From assembly GCA_004431415.1 (NCBI GenBank), contig QPMI01000062.1, forward strand, positions 310,001 to 374,000: DNA of 64,000 nt, read 5' to 3'. Position numbers and translations under genes: made by a program. This document shows, piece by piece, positions 24,950-35,994 of the stretch (position 1 is the first letter of the stretch; each line of letters starts with the position of its first letter). The notes below the pieces were generated by a model. It did no database searches. It had not been told where the DNA came from and worked only from the letters and a program-made list of their open reading frames with translations. Source of the DNA: Cyanophora paradoxa CCMP329 (taxonomy: Eukaryota; Plantae; Glaucophyta).

Positions 24950-26843
24950 CTACATGTTGTTCGCCAGGGGGGCCCGAATCACGTCCTGCCGCGGGGTCAG
25001 CGCATCCCAGGGAGGGGGGGAAGGGGGAGGGGCCCCCGGCGCACCCGGATCCAGTCCATGCCGGGCTGGCCGCCGCCGCCCGGGGTCGGCTGGGGTCCCG
25101 TGGAGTAGAGGGCGGCGGAGCCGACGCCGACGCCGGCGGCGAGCTGCGGCGGGGTCGCCGCGATGCTGAGCGGGGCGAAGCCGCCGACGCCGTAGCCGCC
25201 GAGCGAGACGGCCTGCAGCTGCTGCGCCTGGGCCTGGGCCTGGGCCTGGGCTTGGGCCTGGGCGTGGAGGGCGAGCTGCTGCTGCTGGAGGGCGATGGCC
25301 TGCGCTTGCGCCTGCTGCTGGAGGGCCAGCTGCTGCTGCAGCCCCGCGTAGCTCCCCATCGCCACCGGCTGCGGCGCCCCCGGCAGCTGCATCTGCATCT
25401 GCAGCTGCGCCTGCGGCTGCGGCGTGCCGGAGCGCTGGAAGGAGTGGCGCGGGGTGCCGCGGCGTGCGCCGGGGCCGGCCTCGGGGGCGGCCTCGCCGGC
25501 CTCGTGGTGCCCGTTGGCGACGGAGGCGCCCTTGGGGGCCCCCAGGTCCTCCAGCCGCGGCGCCCGGTACGCCGGCTCCTGCTGCGCCCCGCCCCGCCCC
25601 TCACCGCCCCGCCCGCCCCGCCGGCCAGGCGCGGCCCCGCGCACCGTCCTCCCCGTCGTGCACTTGACGCACTCGAAGCGCCCCGCGCCCGTCGCGATGA
25701 GCGGGTACCTGCGCCGCCGGTCGGAACGGGACCGGCGGGGCCGCGGGGCGGGGCCGCGGGGCGGGGCGGACCCGCAGTAGATGCAGAGGGCGCCGGGCTC
25801 GCGCTCGGGGGCCTTGGCGACGGGCTGCACGGCGTCGAAGTAGCGCTCCGAGCCGCGCCGCGTGCCGCGCCGCAGGCAGTAGCCCAGCATGAACGTGAAG
25901 GCCGCCAGCAGCGCCAGCGCGCACGCCGTGCACGCTGCGCCCCGCCGGCCCCTCAGGCGGGGGCGCCCGAGGGGCGGGGGCGGGCGGGGCGGACCGAGGG
26001 CGAAGCCCCAGCCGAGGTTGCGGTAGTCGAGGGCGGCGGTGGCGGAGTCGCGGAGGCGGTTGTAGGCGATGCCGGCGAAGGTGCCGACGGCGGCCGCGAC
26101 GAGGAAGGCGGCGAGCAGGGAGAGGAGCGCCGTCATCCACGTCGGCAGGCCCCGCAGCCGCTTGCTGTAGCCGAAGACAACCTCCAGCAGCAGCGCCAGC
26201 ACCAGCAGCAGCACCGCCACGCAGATCAGCGCCTGCCGCTCCGTCAGGCCGCCGCCGCGCGCACGCCGCGGGGCCCCCGCGCACGAAGCTGATCGAGGCG
26301 GCCTGCCGGATGTCGGCGCAGAGGCTGTCTGGCGGCTGCGTGCTGAAGTCTGGGTACATCGCGGCGCACGTCGTGGAAGAGAGCTCCTTCGTCTGCGCCG
26401 CGCCCTGAGCGCTCACCGCCGCCGCGGGAGGGGCGCCACCTCGCACCAGGCCCCGGTGCCGCACGGTGATGAGCCCGAATTGGTTGTCGTTTGCAAGGGC
26501 GCTGATCCAGTTTGAACTGGCCAGCGCCAGGCACGCCGCGGCGATGGCGAGGAGCTGAGGGGACGATTAGCTCGACCCGCGCGAACAGCTGGCCAGTCCC
26601 TCGGGCGCCCAACGTACCGCGAAGATGAAGCCGAGTGATAGGCAGCCGAGCCTGCGGCGGAGCTGGCGTTACGAAGGCTTGCTAGCTCACTCAAACTTCG
26701 AACCTGCAACAAGCGCGCGAGCACATGGCCTCGCAGGAGCGGCTGCAATCACAGCAGCCATTATCGCAGCATCCATCGCAGCTGCAGCAGTGGAAGTTGC
26801 AGCAGCAAAGCGAGACCGATCGGTCTGCCCTGTTGGGTTTCAT
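24950..26843 (-). CDS. Claudin/PMP22-like tetraspan membrane protein with Cys-rich N-terminus, cytosolic CxxC-CxxC zinc ribbon and Gln-rich tail
   Basis: TM1 GFIFA-LLAIAAACLALASSNW, loop with GL..C..C, TM2/TM3, LGWGFAL before TM4; CIYCG...CVKC; poly(QA). Confidence 0.65.
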
Positions 26844-27323
26844 CGCTGGTTGCCGCGGCGGCCCCGCGGAGCCAAGAGCTAAGTCGGTTTATAACAACGA
26901 TAGCAACAAGCTACGCTAGCGGAAGGCAGAAGACCGTAGGGCCGCAGGGCCGTTGCCACCGTTGGGTCGAGGGGGGTAGAGCAGTTCGCGGGATCGTCAA
27001 CTTCGCGGCCAAGGTGCGCGATTGTGGCACGCCAGCGCGCTTCCACGTCACCAGCAGCGCTAGTGGAAACGGCCCCGCTTCGATTTAGAGCCCCTCCCCG
27101 ATTGAGCGAAGATATCTGCGGCGGGCGCGGTTAGGGGAGCGTAGAGCGGCCGTCGCCGTTAGCGAGCATCGCGGGAGCTATGTTCGAAAGGCGTTCTTCG
27201 AACTGCTAGCTGCTGCGGGAGGCGCGAAAGGGCGTCCGCTGTCGGCTTGGTGAGGTACTGACGAAGACCGACCCTCTCGCGCGCGGCCGCATCGCAGGGC
27301 GCGAGGGACGCTTTCGGTCAAGG

Positions 27324-29717
27324 ATGTGCGGGATTCTTTGCCTTATCGGCTCGGCGGAGCCCATCGAGAACGGCAAGAGGCAGCATGTGCTGGAGTTGTC
27401 CAAGCGCATTCGCCATCGCGGCCCCGACTGGAGCGGCATGCACGTGCAGAAGATCAACGAGAAGCACTACAACTGCCTGTCGCACGAGCGTCTCTCCATC
27501 GTTGATGTGCTCCACGGAGCCCAGCCCCTCCTGAACGAGGACGAGTCGATCGCGCTCTGCGGTGAGCCGGCGCCCGCGCGTGTTGGAGAGGCTGCGTCAC
27601 AGCTTCTAAAACCATTCTTCTCGCAGTCAACGGTGAGATCTACAACCACCAGATCATCCGCAAGGAGCTCGCGGCGAAGCACTCCTTCCGCACCAACTCT
27701 GATTGCGAGGTACGCCTCCCGGGCTGCGCGGGCGGCCTGGCAACTGTGCAGTAGCTAAGACGTTCCTTTTCCTCGCAGGTTATCCTCCACCTGTATGAGG
27801 AGTTCGGCGCCGGTGTCTGCGAGCGCCTGGACGGCATCTTCGCGTTTGTGATCTCAGACAAGAAGACTGGTGACGTCCTCGCCGCCCGCGACCCGTTCGG
27901 CGTGTGCCCGCTCTACATCGGCTACCGCAAGAACGGCGAGAGTGCGCGGCCCCGGCGCCTCCCTCCCCGGCGCGCGCCGTGCGCGCCTCACGCCGGTGGC
28001 CAGTCTGGTTCTGCTCGGAGGCGAAGGGCTTGACTGACGACGTGGAGAAGTTCGAGACCTTCCCCCCCGGCCACTACTGGAGCAGCAAGGACAAGAAGTT
28101 CGTGCGCTGGTTCAACCCCCCGTGGGTCCTCTCCGACGCCCGCCCCACCAAGAAGGTGCCCTCCCGCGCTCCCTCGCCCATCCCCGCCGCTTCGCGCTGG
28201 CGCGCGCGGAGGCCGACGGGCGCGGGGGCAGGTGGACCTGGCGATGCTGCGCAGCCTCTTCGACGAGGCCGTCCGCAAGCGGCTCATGACTGACGTCCCC
28301 TACGGCGTCCTCCTCTCCGGCGGCCTCGGTCCGCGCCCCGCCCCGCTCCGCCCCTCTCCGTCGAGCCGGGCTGAGGCGGGCGGTGGGGCGCAGACTCGTC
28401 GCTGGTGGCGGCGGTGGCGATCCGGCACGCGGCGAAGCGCGTGGAGGACAACGAGCAGAGCGCGGCGTGGTACCCGCGGCTGCACACGTTCTCGATCGGG
28501 CTGGAGAACAGCCCGGACCTCAAGTTCGCGCGGGAGGCGGCCAAGTTCCTGAACACGGTGCACCACGAGTTCCACTTCACCGTCCAGGAGGGCCTCGACG
28601 CCATCAAGGACGTCATCTACCACCTCGAGACCTTCGACGTCACCACCAGTCCGCCCCCGCCCCCGCCCGCCCCCTTGCTCTTCTCCTCGGTTTGTTTCCG
28701 CGGCTGACGGGCCCGTGCCCGCAGTCCGCGCGTCGACGCCGATGTACCTGCTCTCGCGGCGGATCAAGTCGATGGGCGTCAAGATGGTGCTCTCCGGCGA
28801 GGGCTCGGACGAGATCTTCGGCGGCTACCTCTACTTCCACAAGGCGCCCAACGCCGAGGAGTTCCACAAGGAGACGTGCACCAAGATCAAGCTCCTCCAC
28901 CTCTACGACAACCTCCGCGCCAACAAGTCCACCATGGCCTGGGGTGCGCGCGCTGGGCGGCTCCGGGGGCCGCGCCTGGCCGCGCGGGGCGGGGCCCTGT
29001 CCGACGCGGCGGGGTCGCCCCGCAGGCCTGGAGGCTCGCGTGCCGTTCCTGGACAAGGCGTTCGTGAACTACTGCATGAGCATCGACCCCGAGGACAAGA
29101 TGATCAAGAAGGCCGAGGTGCGCGCGCGCGAGAGAGGAGGAGGAGGAGGAGGAGGAGGAGGAGGAAGGGCGGGAGCTGAGCGGGCGCGCAGGGGCGGATG
29201 GAGAAGTACATCCTGCGCAAGGCGTTCGACACGCCGGAGGACCCGTACCTCCCGCACAGCATCCTCTGGCGCCAGAAGGAGCAGTTCTCCGACGGCGTCG
29301 GCTACAACTGGATCGACACCCTCAAGGCCATGACCGAGAACATCGTGCGCCCCCCCCCCGCCCCCGCCGCCTCGGCCCCGTTGAGCTCGGGCGGGGCGGC
29401 AGGTGACGGACGAGATGTGGGCGAACCGCGAGAAGCGCTTCCCCGTGAAGCCGCCGACGACCAAGGAGGCGTACTACTACAGGACAATCTTCGAGGAGCA
29501 CTTCCCCCACCCGAGCGCCGTCGAGTCCGTCCCCTGGGGGCCCTCCGTCGCCTGCTCCACCCCCGCCGCCATCGCCTGGGACAAGGGTCCGGCCCCCTCC
29601 GCCCCGCCCTCGCCGGCCCCCGCTGACGGGCCCGCCCTCGCGCCGGCAGCGTTCCAGAACAACGCGGACCCGTCCGGCCGCATGGTCAACGTCCACGACT
29701 CGACCGTCGTCTCCTAA
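27324..29717 (+). CDS. ASNS: Asparagine synthetase, glutamine-hydrolysing
   Basis: [68 protein letters not shown]. Confidence 0.98.
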
Positions 29718-29940
29718 GCGGCGCCGGCGCCGCTGTGCAGCGCCCCAGCCCCCGCAGGCTCTCGAGGAGATCAGCTGCAGATCCCCAGGCGTCCCCGTGT
29801 ACTCGTAGGCAGGCCACAGTGTCCCGGCCCAACCCGCCCCCCGCCCCTTCCGTTTTGCTCTTCAGGAAGCCTGTTTGTGGCTCGAACCGCGCGTTTCCTT
29901 CCCGCGATGCCCACTGCCGCCGCGCCGCCGCCGGATGCAG

Positions 29941-29990
29941 GAGGCCTAGGCCGCGGAGCCTCGGAGAGGCCTAGGCCGCGGAGCCTCGGA
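29941..29990. repeat. Perfect 25-bp tandem duplication
   Basis: GAGGCCTAGGCCGCGGAGCCTCGGA x2. Confidence 0.9.
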
Positions 29991-30199
29991 GCAGCCGAGC
30001 TACCAGACGCCGGCCTCCGAGGCTGCCGGATCCGGAGAAGCCCGGAGCCGAACGAGGCCCGGATGGATCACGAGACGGAGCGCGCCCTCTAGCTGTACGT
30101 AGCGCGTGTAGCTCAATTGCAAGGTCGCAAGCGAACGCCTGCGGCTGCGGCTCCCGCCCCCCCCCCCCCCCCCCCCCCTCACCCCGCACCCCGGTACAC

Positions 30200-31342
30200 T
30201 AGTTCAGCTCGAAGAGCTCGCGGAAGGTGTGTGCACGGGCCCGATCGACGGTCCTCCAAGCATGGGCCCGCTCGTCGGCGCTCTCCACCTCAGCGCACGG
30301 GCAATAGATGGGACGATCCCGGGCTCCACGCCTGGTGCGCGCCTTGTCAGTTGTTTCCGCAGTTGCCAATGGGAGCCGGCGGGGGCTCGGCGCGCCGTGA
30401 CGCGCACGCTTTACGATCTAGTTGGAACCTGAATGACACGCTATTTACGCGCGCTTTCCAGGGGAATGCGTGCTTGTGGATGGCGAGTTGTGCAGTGCGC
30501 ACTCTGACCGCAGACAAGCCGTCGTGGAGGCTGCGAAGGAGCGGTTGAAGCAAATCGAGCTCGAGCGCAAGCAGCTCTTGGCGCTGTTGGAGGCCGAGGG
30601 CGTCGAGCTGCAACCAGATGTCGACGCCTCTCCCGATTGCGAAGCGGCCAAGCGGCCACAGCAGGCGGAGCCGTGCGGCACTTGTGCGGAGCTTCAGGCG
30701 ACAGTAGAGAGCCTCGACCGGCAGATTAGAAGCCTCGAGCGCACCAACGCAAAGCTTGAGAAGGAGAGAGCGCACCTTCAGACCACCGTGCGTTCTGCTC
30801 CATTTGCTTTTAATCTTTCTATATCGCCTGCGCACCTCTTCATCTGCTAGCTTGTCTGCCGTGGCGGCGCCAACGGGCCTAACAGCCGAACAGCGCCGAC
30901 CAGTTTGCGGCCCGAAGGCGTAGCTGACGCGGCGCATCGCAGGTGGAGGCAAGGGGGCGCGAGAGAGTTAACATCTTGGCAACGCTAAAGAAGGCCCAAT
31001 CGGACCGGGAGACCTGGCGAAAGGAGAAGGTGGAGCTGCAGGACGAGCTCCGCCGCGCATTGGAGGAATCCTCCGCGCACAAACAAGTGCGCGGCGCATT
31101 TACGCTGGAGGGAGCATATTCTGACCCGGCACGCCTCGCAGAGGGTGCGGGAGCTGGAGGAGCTGTGCCGCGTGGGCCCCGGGGAGGAAGCGTCGGAGGG
31201 GGACGGGCCGGCGTGCGCCGTCGCAGCCGAAGCGTGCCCTGAGATGGAGAGGAGCATCGAGCCGATATCGGAGGAGCAGGAGGGGGAGGAGCACGACCTG
31301 AGCCGCCCCCGCAAGCGCGAGCGCCAGGACGACGCTGCTTGA
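30200..31342 (+). CDS. Hypothetical coiled-coil protein (5' end unresolved)
   Basis: Spliceable exons AVVEAAKERLKQIELERK...CGTCAELQATVESLDRQ, RVNILATLKK...ELRRALEE, VRELEELCR...RKRERQDDAA*. Confidence 0.55.
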
Positions 31343-31988
31343 GCACACCTCTGAACATAACCGATCGCCCCCCGATCGTGTAATCTATGTTGCGCTGCGC
31401 CCGTAGTAGAACAGGCTTTACAGTTGTGAGTTTTCTCTCAGTCACCAGTTGCGTTTCGGAGTTATTTCTTTTCTCTTCTCTCGCTTCCTTTTTGTACAAC
31501 AACACCCCAGGCATAATTTTTCATTCTTCATCTTGAGATTCGCAGACCGCTCATTAGCCACGTTTTTGAGTTTTCCATGACAGACACCTGCTGCAGCAGA
31601 ATCGTTTTCACATGCTTACTAGTTAGCTCCAAGGCTTGTAGCTAGCAGCTGCTGTCTAGTGTCAGAGTCTCTTCGCGCGTGGTAGCTTCGAATTCCCAGG
31701 TAGCTTATCAAGTATTGAGTCAGTCCTTAGTATTCGCGAGATTCAGTGCAAGTATAAGATCATCAGTCAAGCAGTTCTGCGGCTGGGCCATGCATGCATG
31801 CGGCATCATGGCCATGGGCTCTGGACAGGCCCGCGCGCCCCGGCGGATCCGGATGATCATGATCATGGCGTCACGATCAGATGATCAGTCTGGCTGATAT
31901 CGATTGGTGTACAAAGCCTTGCGCATGCAATTGAAGCGCTCGCCGTCCATGGATGTACAGTGAGCATGCGCACGCGCGGGGGGGCGGC

Positions 31989-34900
31989 TCAGCGGCGGGA
32001 GCCGGCGCTGTGGGGGGCGAAGAGGGAGGGCGCGGGGGCCCGGGAGGCCGAGGCGGAGCGGGGGCCCCCGACGGCCCCGCCGCGAGGCGGGGCGTGGAAG
32101 GAGCCGGCGCGGGGCACGGGGGCCGCCCCCAGCGCCGCCCCGGCTGCGGCGCGTGGCGCGGCGCCTGTCCCGTCGACGTCGACCGCGCCAGCGCGCCCTG
32201 CGGGGCTGGCTCGAGGCCGGGAGGGCGCGGGGCGCGGGGTGCGGGGCGCACGGGGGCGGGGTAGGCGACGGGGTAGGCGAGGGCGGGGCCGGGGGCGGGC
32301 GGGGCCGGCCGCCGCTGGCGGAGCGCTGGAGGAGGACGGGGCCCCCGCGGGGGCCCGCGCGACGGCGAGGCGGCCGCCAGGGCCGGCTGGAGGCCCTCGG
32401 GAGGCGCGCCCCCGCCGGCAGCTGCGGCCAGCCGCCATCAGCTCCTCCGAGGGGCCCCAGGGGGCGGGCGGGAGGGGGTGGGAGGAAGGGGGGAGGGGGA
32501 TGGGGGCGGGGCGCACGTAGAGGACCCCGTCGCGGACCTCGGCCCCCGGGGGGCCACCACGTAGCGCGGGGGTACAGCCACCACCGCCGCCGCCGCCGGG
32601 CGCACCGCCTGAGGCGCCGTCACCTGCGCTCGGCGCGTTCGGGCCGCGGGGCGCGGGATGCGGGGGCGCGGGGCGGGCGGGGGCAGGGCGGCTCGCCACG
32701 GTCGGGGGCGGCGTCGTCGTCGCTTGCGGCGGCGGCGGCGACGTCGGCGACGTCGGCGCCGGCGCCGCGGGGCGCGGCGGGGCGGCCGGCGGCGGCGCCT
32801 GCAGGCGGGCGGCCGGCACGTGCCCCGGGGTGGGAAGGGCGGGTGCGGGGCCCGGGGCGGGGCGGGAGCGGGGGGCGCGGGGGCGGGGACGCGGCCCGGG
32901 GCAGCGGGGCGGGCGGGGCCTCGTTGACGGTCGTCTCGCCGCTGACGCTCTCGCTCTCCACCCGCTCCCGCTCGAGGTCGGCGTCGTAGTCCGCCTCCCC
33001 CGTGGCGCCCGCCCCGGAGGCCCCCGACGAGGAGGAGAGGCCCGCCCGCTCGCGCGCCGCCGGCTGCGGCGGCGGGCTCTCCACGCGCTCCCGCGAGCGG
33101 CGGCGGCGCGAGAGCGGCCGCGACTGCGGCGGCGAGGCCGGCGCGGAGGCGGAAGCCGCGGCCGGAGCGGGCGCCGGGGCCGCGAGGGGCGAGCCCGGCG
33201 CCTGCTCCGCAGGGTGCTCGGGCGCGGGAGCGGCCTTGCGGGCGGGCGACGCCGGGGGCGAGGCGGCCTTGGCGGGGACGCCGGCGGCGGGCGCGGGCGG
33301 CTCGGCGACCGCCACGATGTCGTCGAACGTCTCCCGCTCCCGCGCCAGCCGCTGCGGCGCCCTCAGCGGCTCAGCGGCAGTTCAGGGGCGGGGCGGGGCG
33401 AAGCGGGGCGCGCCGCCGGCTGCGGGGCGGGGGCGGGGCGCCGGGGGAGGCGGCTGCGCCTCCGATGGCCTCGGCGGCGCGCTGGCGCCAGCCTGCGATG
33501 GCCTGCAGCTGGCGGGGGTCCACCGGCGCGGCCTCGCCCGAGGGCGCCCTCTGCAGCGGCCTGCGGGAGATCGCGCGCTCAGCGGCGCAGCCGTGCGCCT
33601 CGAGCGGCTCTAGCGAGGCGCACGGCGGCGGCTGGGGCGGCGCGGCGGCTCCCTGCGGCGCCTGCGGCACCTGCGGCCTGCGCGCCCCGTGGTCTCATAC
33701 CCGACCGCAGAGTGCCGCGCGGGGGAGGGGGCACTGGCGGGGCTCGCGGCGGGGCTTTGCGGCGGCCCTCTCGAGGGGGAGGCGCCCCAGAAGCCCCGCT
33801 GGGCCTTGTCCTCGGGGTCCAGGGCGACCGCCACCGAGGCCGCCCCGCCCGCCCCGCCCCGCACCCTCCGCCGCCGCCGCGCCAGCCTGCCCCGGGGTCG
33901 GTCCGGGCGGGGCGGGCGGGGTGTGGCGAGGGGCGGCCGGGCGCACACGGCGGCGGCGACGCCGGCAAAGATGAGGGCCGCCCCGCCCACCGCGATGACG
34001 GCCGCCAGCCAGGGGCTCCGCTGGAAGACGCCCGCGCCGCTCTCCGTCCCGCCCCCGGCCGCCAGCGTCGAGTTCTCCTCGAGGCCCAGCCCCGGCCCGG
34101 GCGCTGCGAGCGGGGGCCCCTCGGCGGGGGCGGCGCGGGAGAGGCCGGGGCGGCGGAGGCGGGCACCGAGGGGCCCCAGCCCGGGTACATCCCAGGAGGC
34201 GTCGGGGGTGGGGCGCTTGACCTTCGAGCCGTCCCCTGCGCCGGGTTCAAGGCCGAAGCGAAGAGAGCGAGGGGGGAGTCCGGGGGCACTCGCCGAGGAC
34301 GGGTACAGAAACCTTGGTGAGAAGGGGCATCGGGTACGCCAGCGGCTCCTGCAGAGGGGGCCGGGCTCAACGATGGGGCCGCCGGGCGCTGCGGAGGGGT
34401 ACGGCACCCGGCCCCAGACGAGCTCGAGGGAGCCGCTCCACGTGCCGTCCGACGAGATCGCGTTCTCGCTCAGCTGAACTGCGGGGGGGGGATGAGAGGG
34501 GGGTACAGAGGCAACAAGGGGGCCCAGCGGGGCGGACCGGAGAGGTTGGGGACGATGGGGATGCGGTCGGAGCGGCCCTGGATGGCCGTCACCGCGAGTT
34601 GCGTCGTGAACGCCTGCCTCGTCTCCCCCTGCCCGCCAGCGAGGGTCCGACGGTGAGCGGGCGCGCGCCACGAGGCGAGGGCGGCGGGGGCGGCGGGCCC
34701 GGATGATGTAGCGAAGGGCGATGTCGAGGGTGGGCGGGTCGGCCGTCAGGTCGGCCATCGTCTCCACGTAGTCGACCGCCCCGTACACCGCGTCGTTCGC
34801 CAGCGCCGGCGACGGCGGCGCCGGCTTGCACACCAGCCCGCGGCAGTCCGCCCGCGGCACGCAGAACTCCGGCGCTGCGCCGCCGTGAGGAGAGGTGCGG

Positions 34901-35850
34901 GAGGGAGCGGAGGGGGGCGCGCGGACCGGTGAAGGCGCCGCACTTCTTGCTGGCGAGGGGCACGCTGGGGAGCAGCTCGTCCCCCGCCACCGCCACCGCC
35001 TCCGACCGCCCCTGCGCCCCGGCCCCGCGCCCCTCGCCCCGGCTCTCCCCGCGGCTCTCCCCGTGGAGCGAAGGGGGCGCGCCTGCACGTCCAGGTTCGA
35101 GGCCAGGAGCACGACCACCGCGTAGTCTGCCGTCCGCTCAAGCGGAGCGTCGCGTGCGGCTGGAGCAGAGGGGGCGGGGACCGGGGCGGGAGGGGAGCCA
35201 GGGGGGCACGGAGTAGAGGAGGGTGCCGGAGAAGGGGGAGCGCTGGGAGATGACGTGCGCGACGGGCGCCCCGATCGGCAGCGGGCCCAGCGCGTCCACC
35301 ACCAGCACCACCTGCGCACGCGGCCGCCCCGCCGTCCCGCGCTCCCATCAGCACTGGGCCACGCGCCACCGGTCTGCGACGCACCCGGACGCCCGTCACG
35401 TTTGCGGAGACGTTGGCGATGTTCCCCGTCGTCTTCCACGTGATGGTGTACGTCTGGCCTGCGCGCGGGAAAGCGAGAGAGCGGATTCTCGGCAGGGAAG
35501 CGCGGGCGAAAGCGATGGGCCGAGCGCCACGAGAACTACGCTTCAATGCAATTGCATGCGCCAATAAAGCGCTGGCGTCGATGGCGCGGGCGGAAGTGGG
35601 GTGGCTGAGGAGAGCAGCCCGACGGAACACGCGCGCGCTGGGCCACTTAACTTTTTCGAATGTCGTTGGCTCTGCCGGCTCATCGATTGTGATGGAAGGA
35701 GCTGCGAGGGCGGCCCGCGAGTTAGCGGGGAGAACGGTTTCCGCCGGCAGTTAGGGCGGAGCACGGGCGGGGCGGTCGCTCACGAATCAGCTGCGCCGCC
35801 GCGCAGGCGAGCGCGGCGAGCAACAGGGCCGCCGACGCAAATCGATTCAT
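31989..35850 (-). CDS. Type-I membrane protein: signal peptide, Ig-like (Kre9/KNH-type) start, one TM helix, long Pro/Ser-rich cytosolic tail
   Basis: MNRFASAALLLAALACAAAQ; GQTYTITWKTTG; TM WLAAVIAVGGAALIFAGVAAAV followed by RRRRR; 3' end uncertain. Confidence 0.65.
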
Positions 35851-35994
35851 TGAATTTTGGGGGAAGAGGTCCGGGAAGGGTACGGCACTGTGCGACGTGT
35901 CGGGCCAACGAACCAAGAGCCGCAGCGTGCTTGACGCTCGTTCGGCTAGGCTAGCAGCTTTCGTTCAGCGCGGAGCGTTCCCGTAGTCGCTCCC

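Noticed and set aside
29133-29166. (GGA)n repeat in ASNS read as a poly-Gly insertion
   Set aside because: It lies inside a GT-AG intron, so it is an ordinary microsatellite
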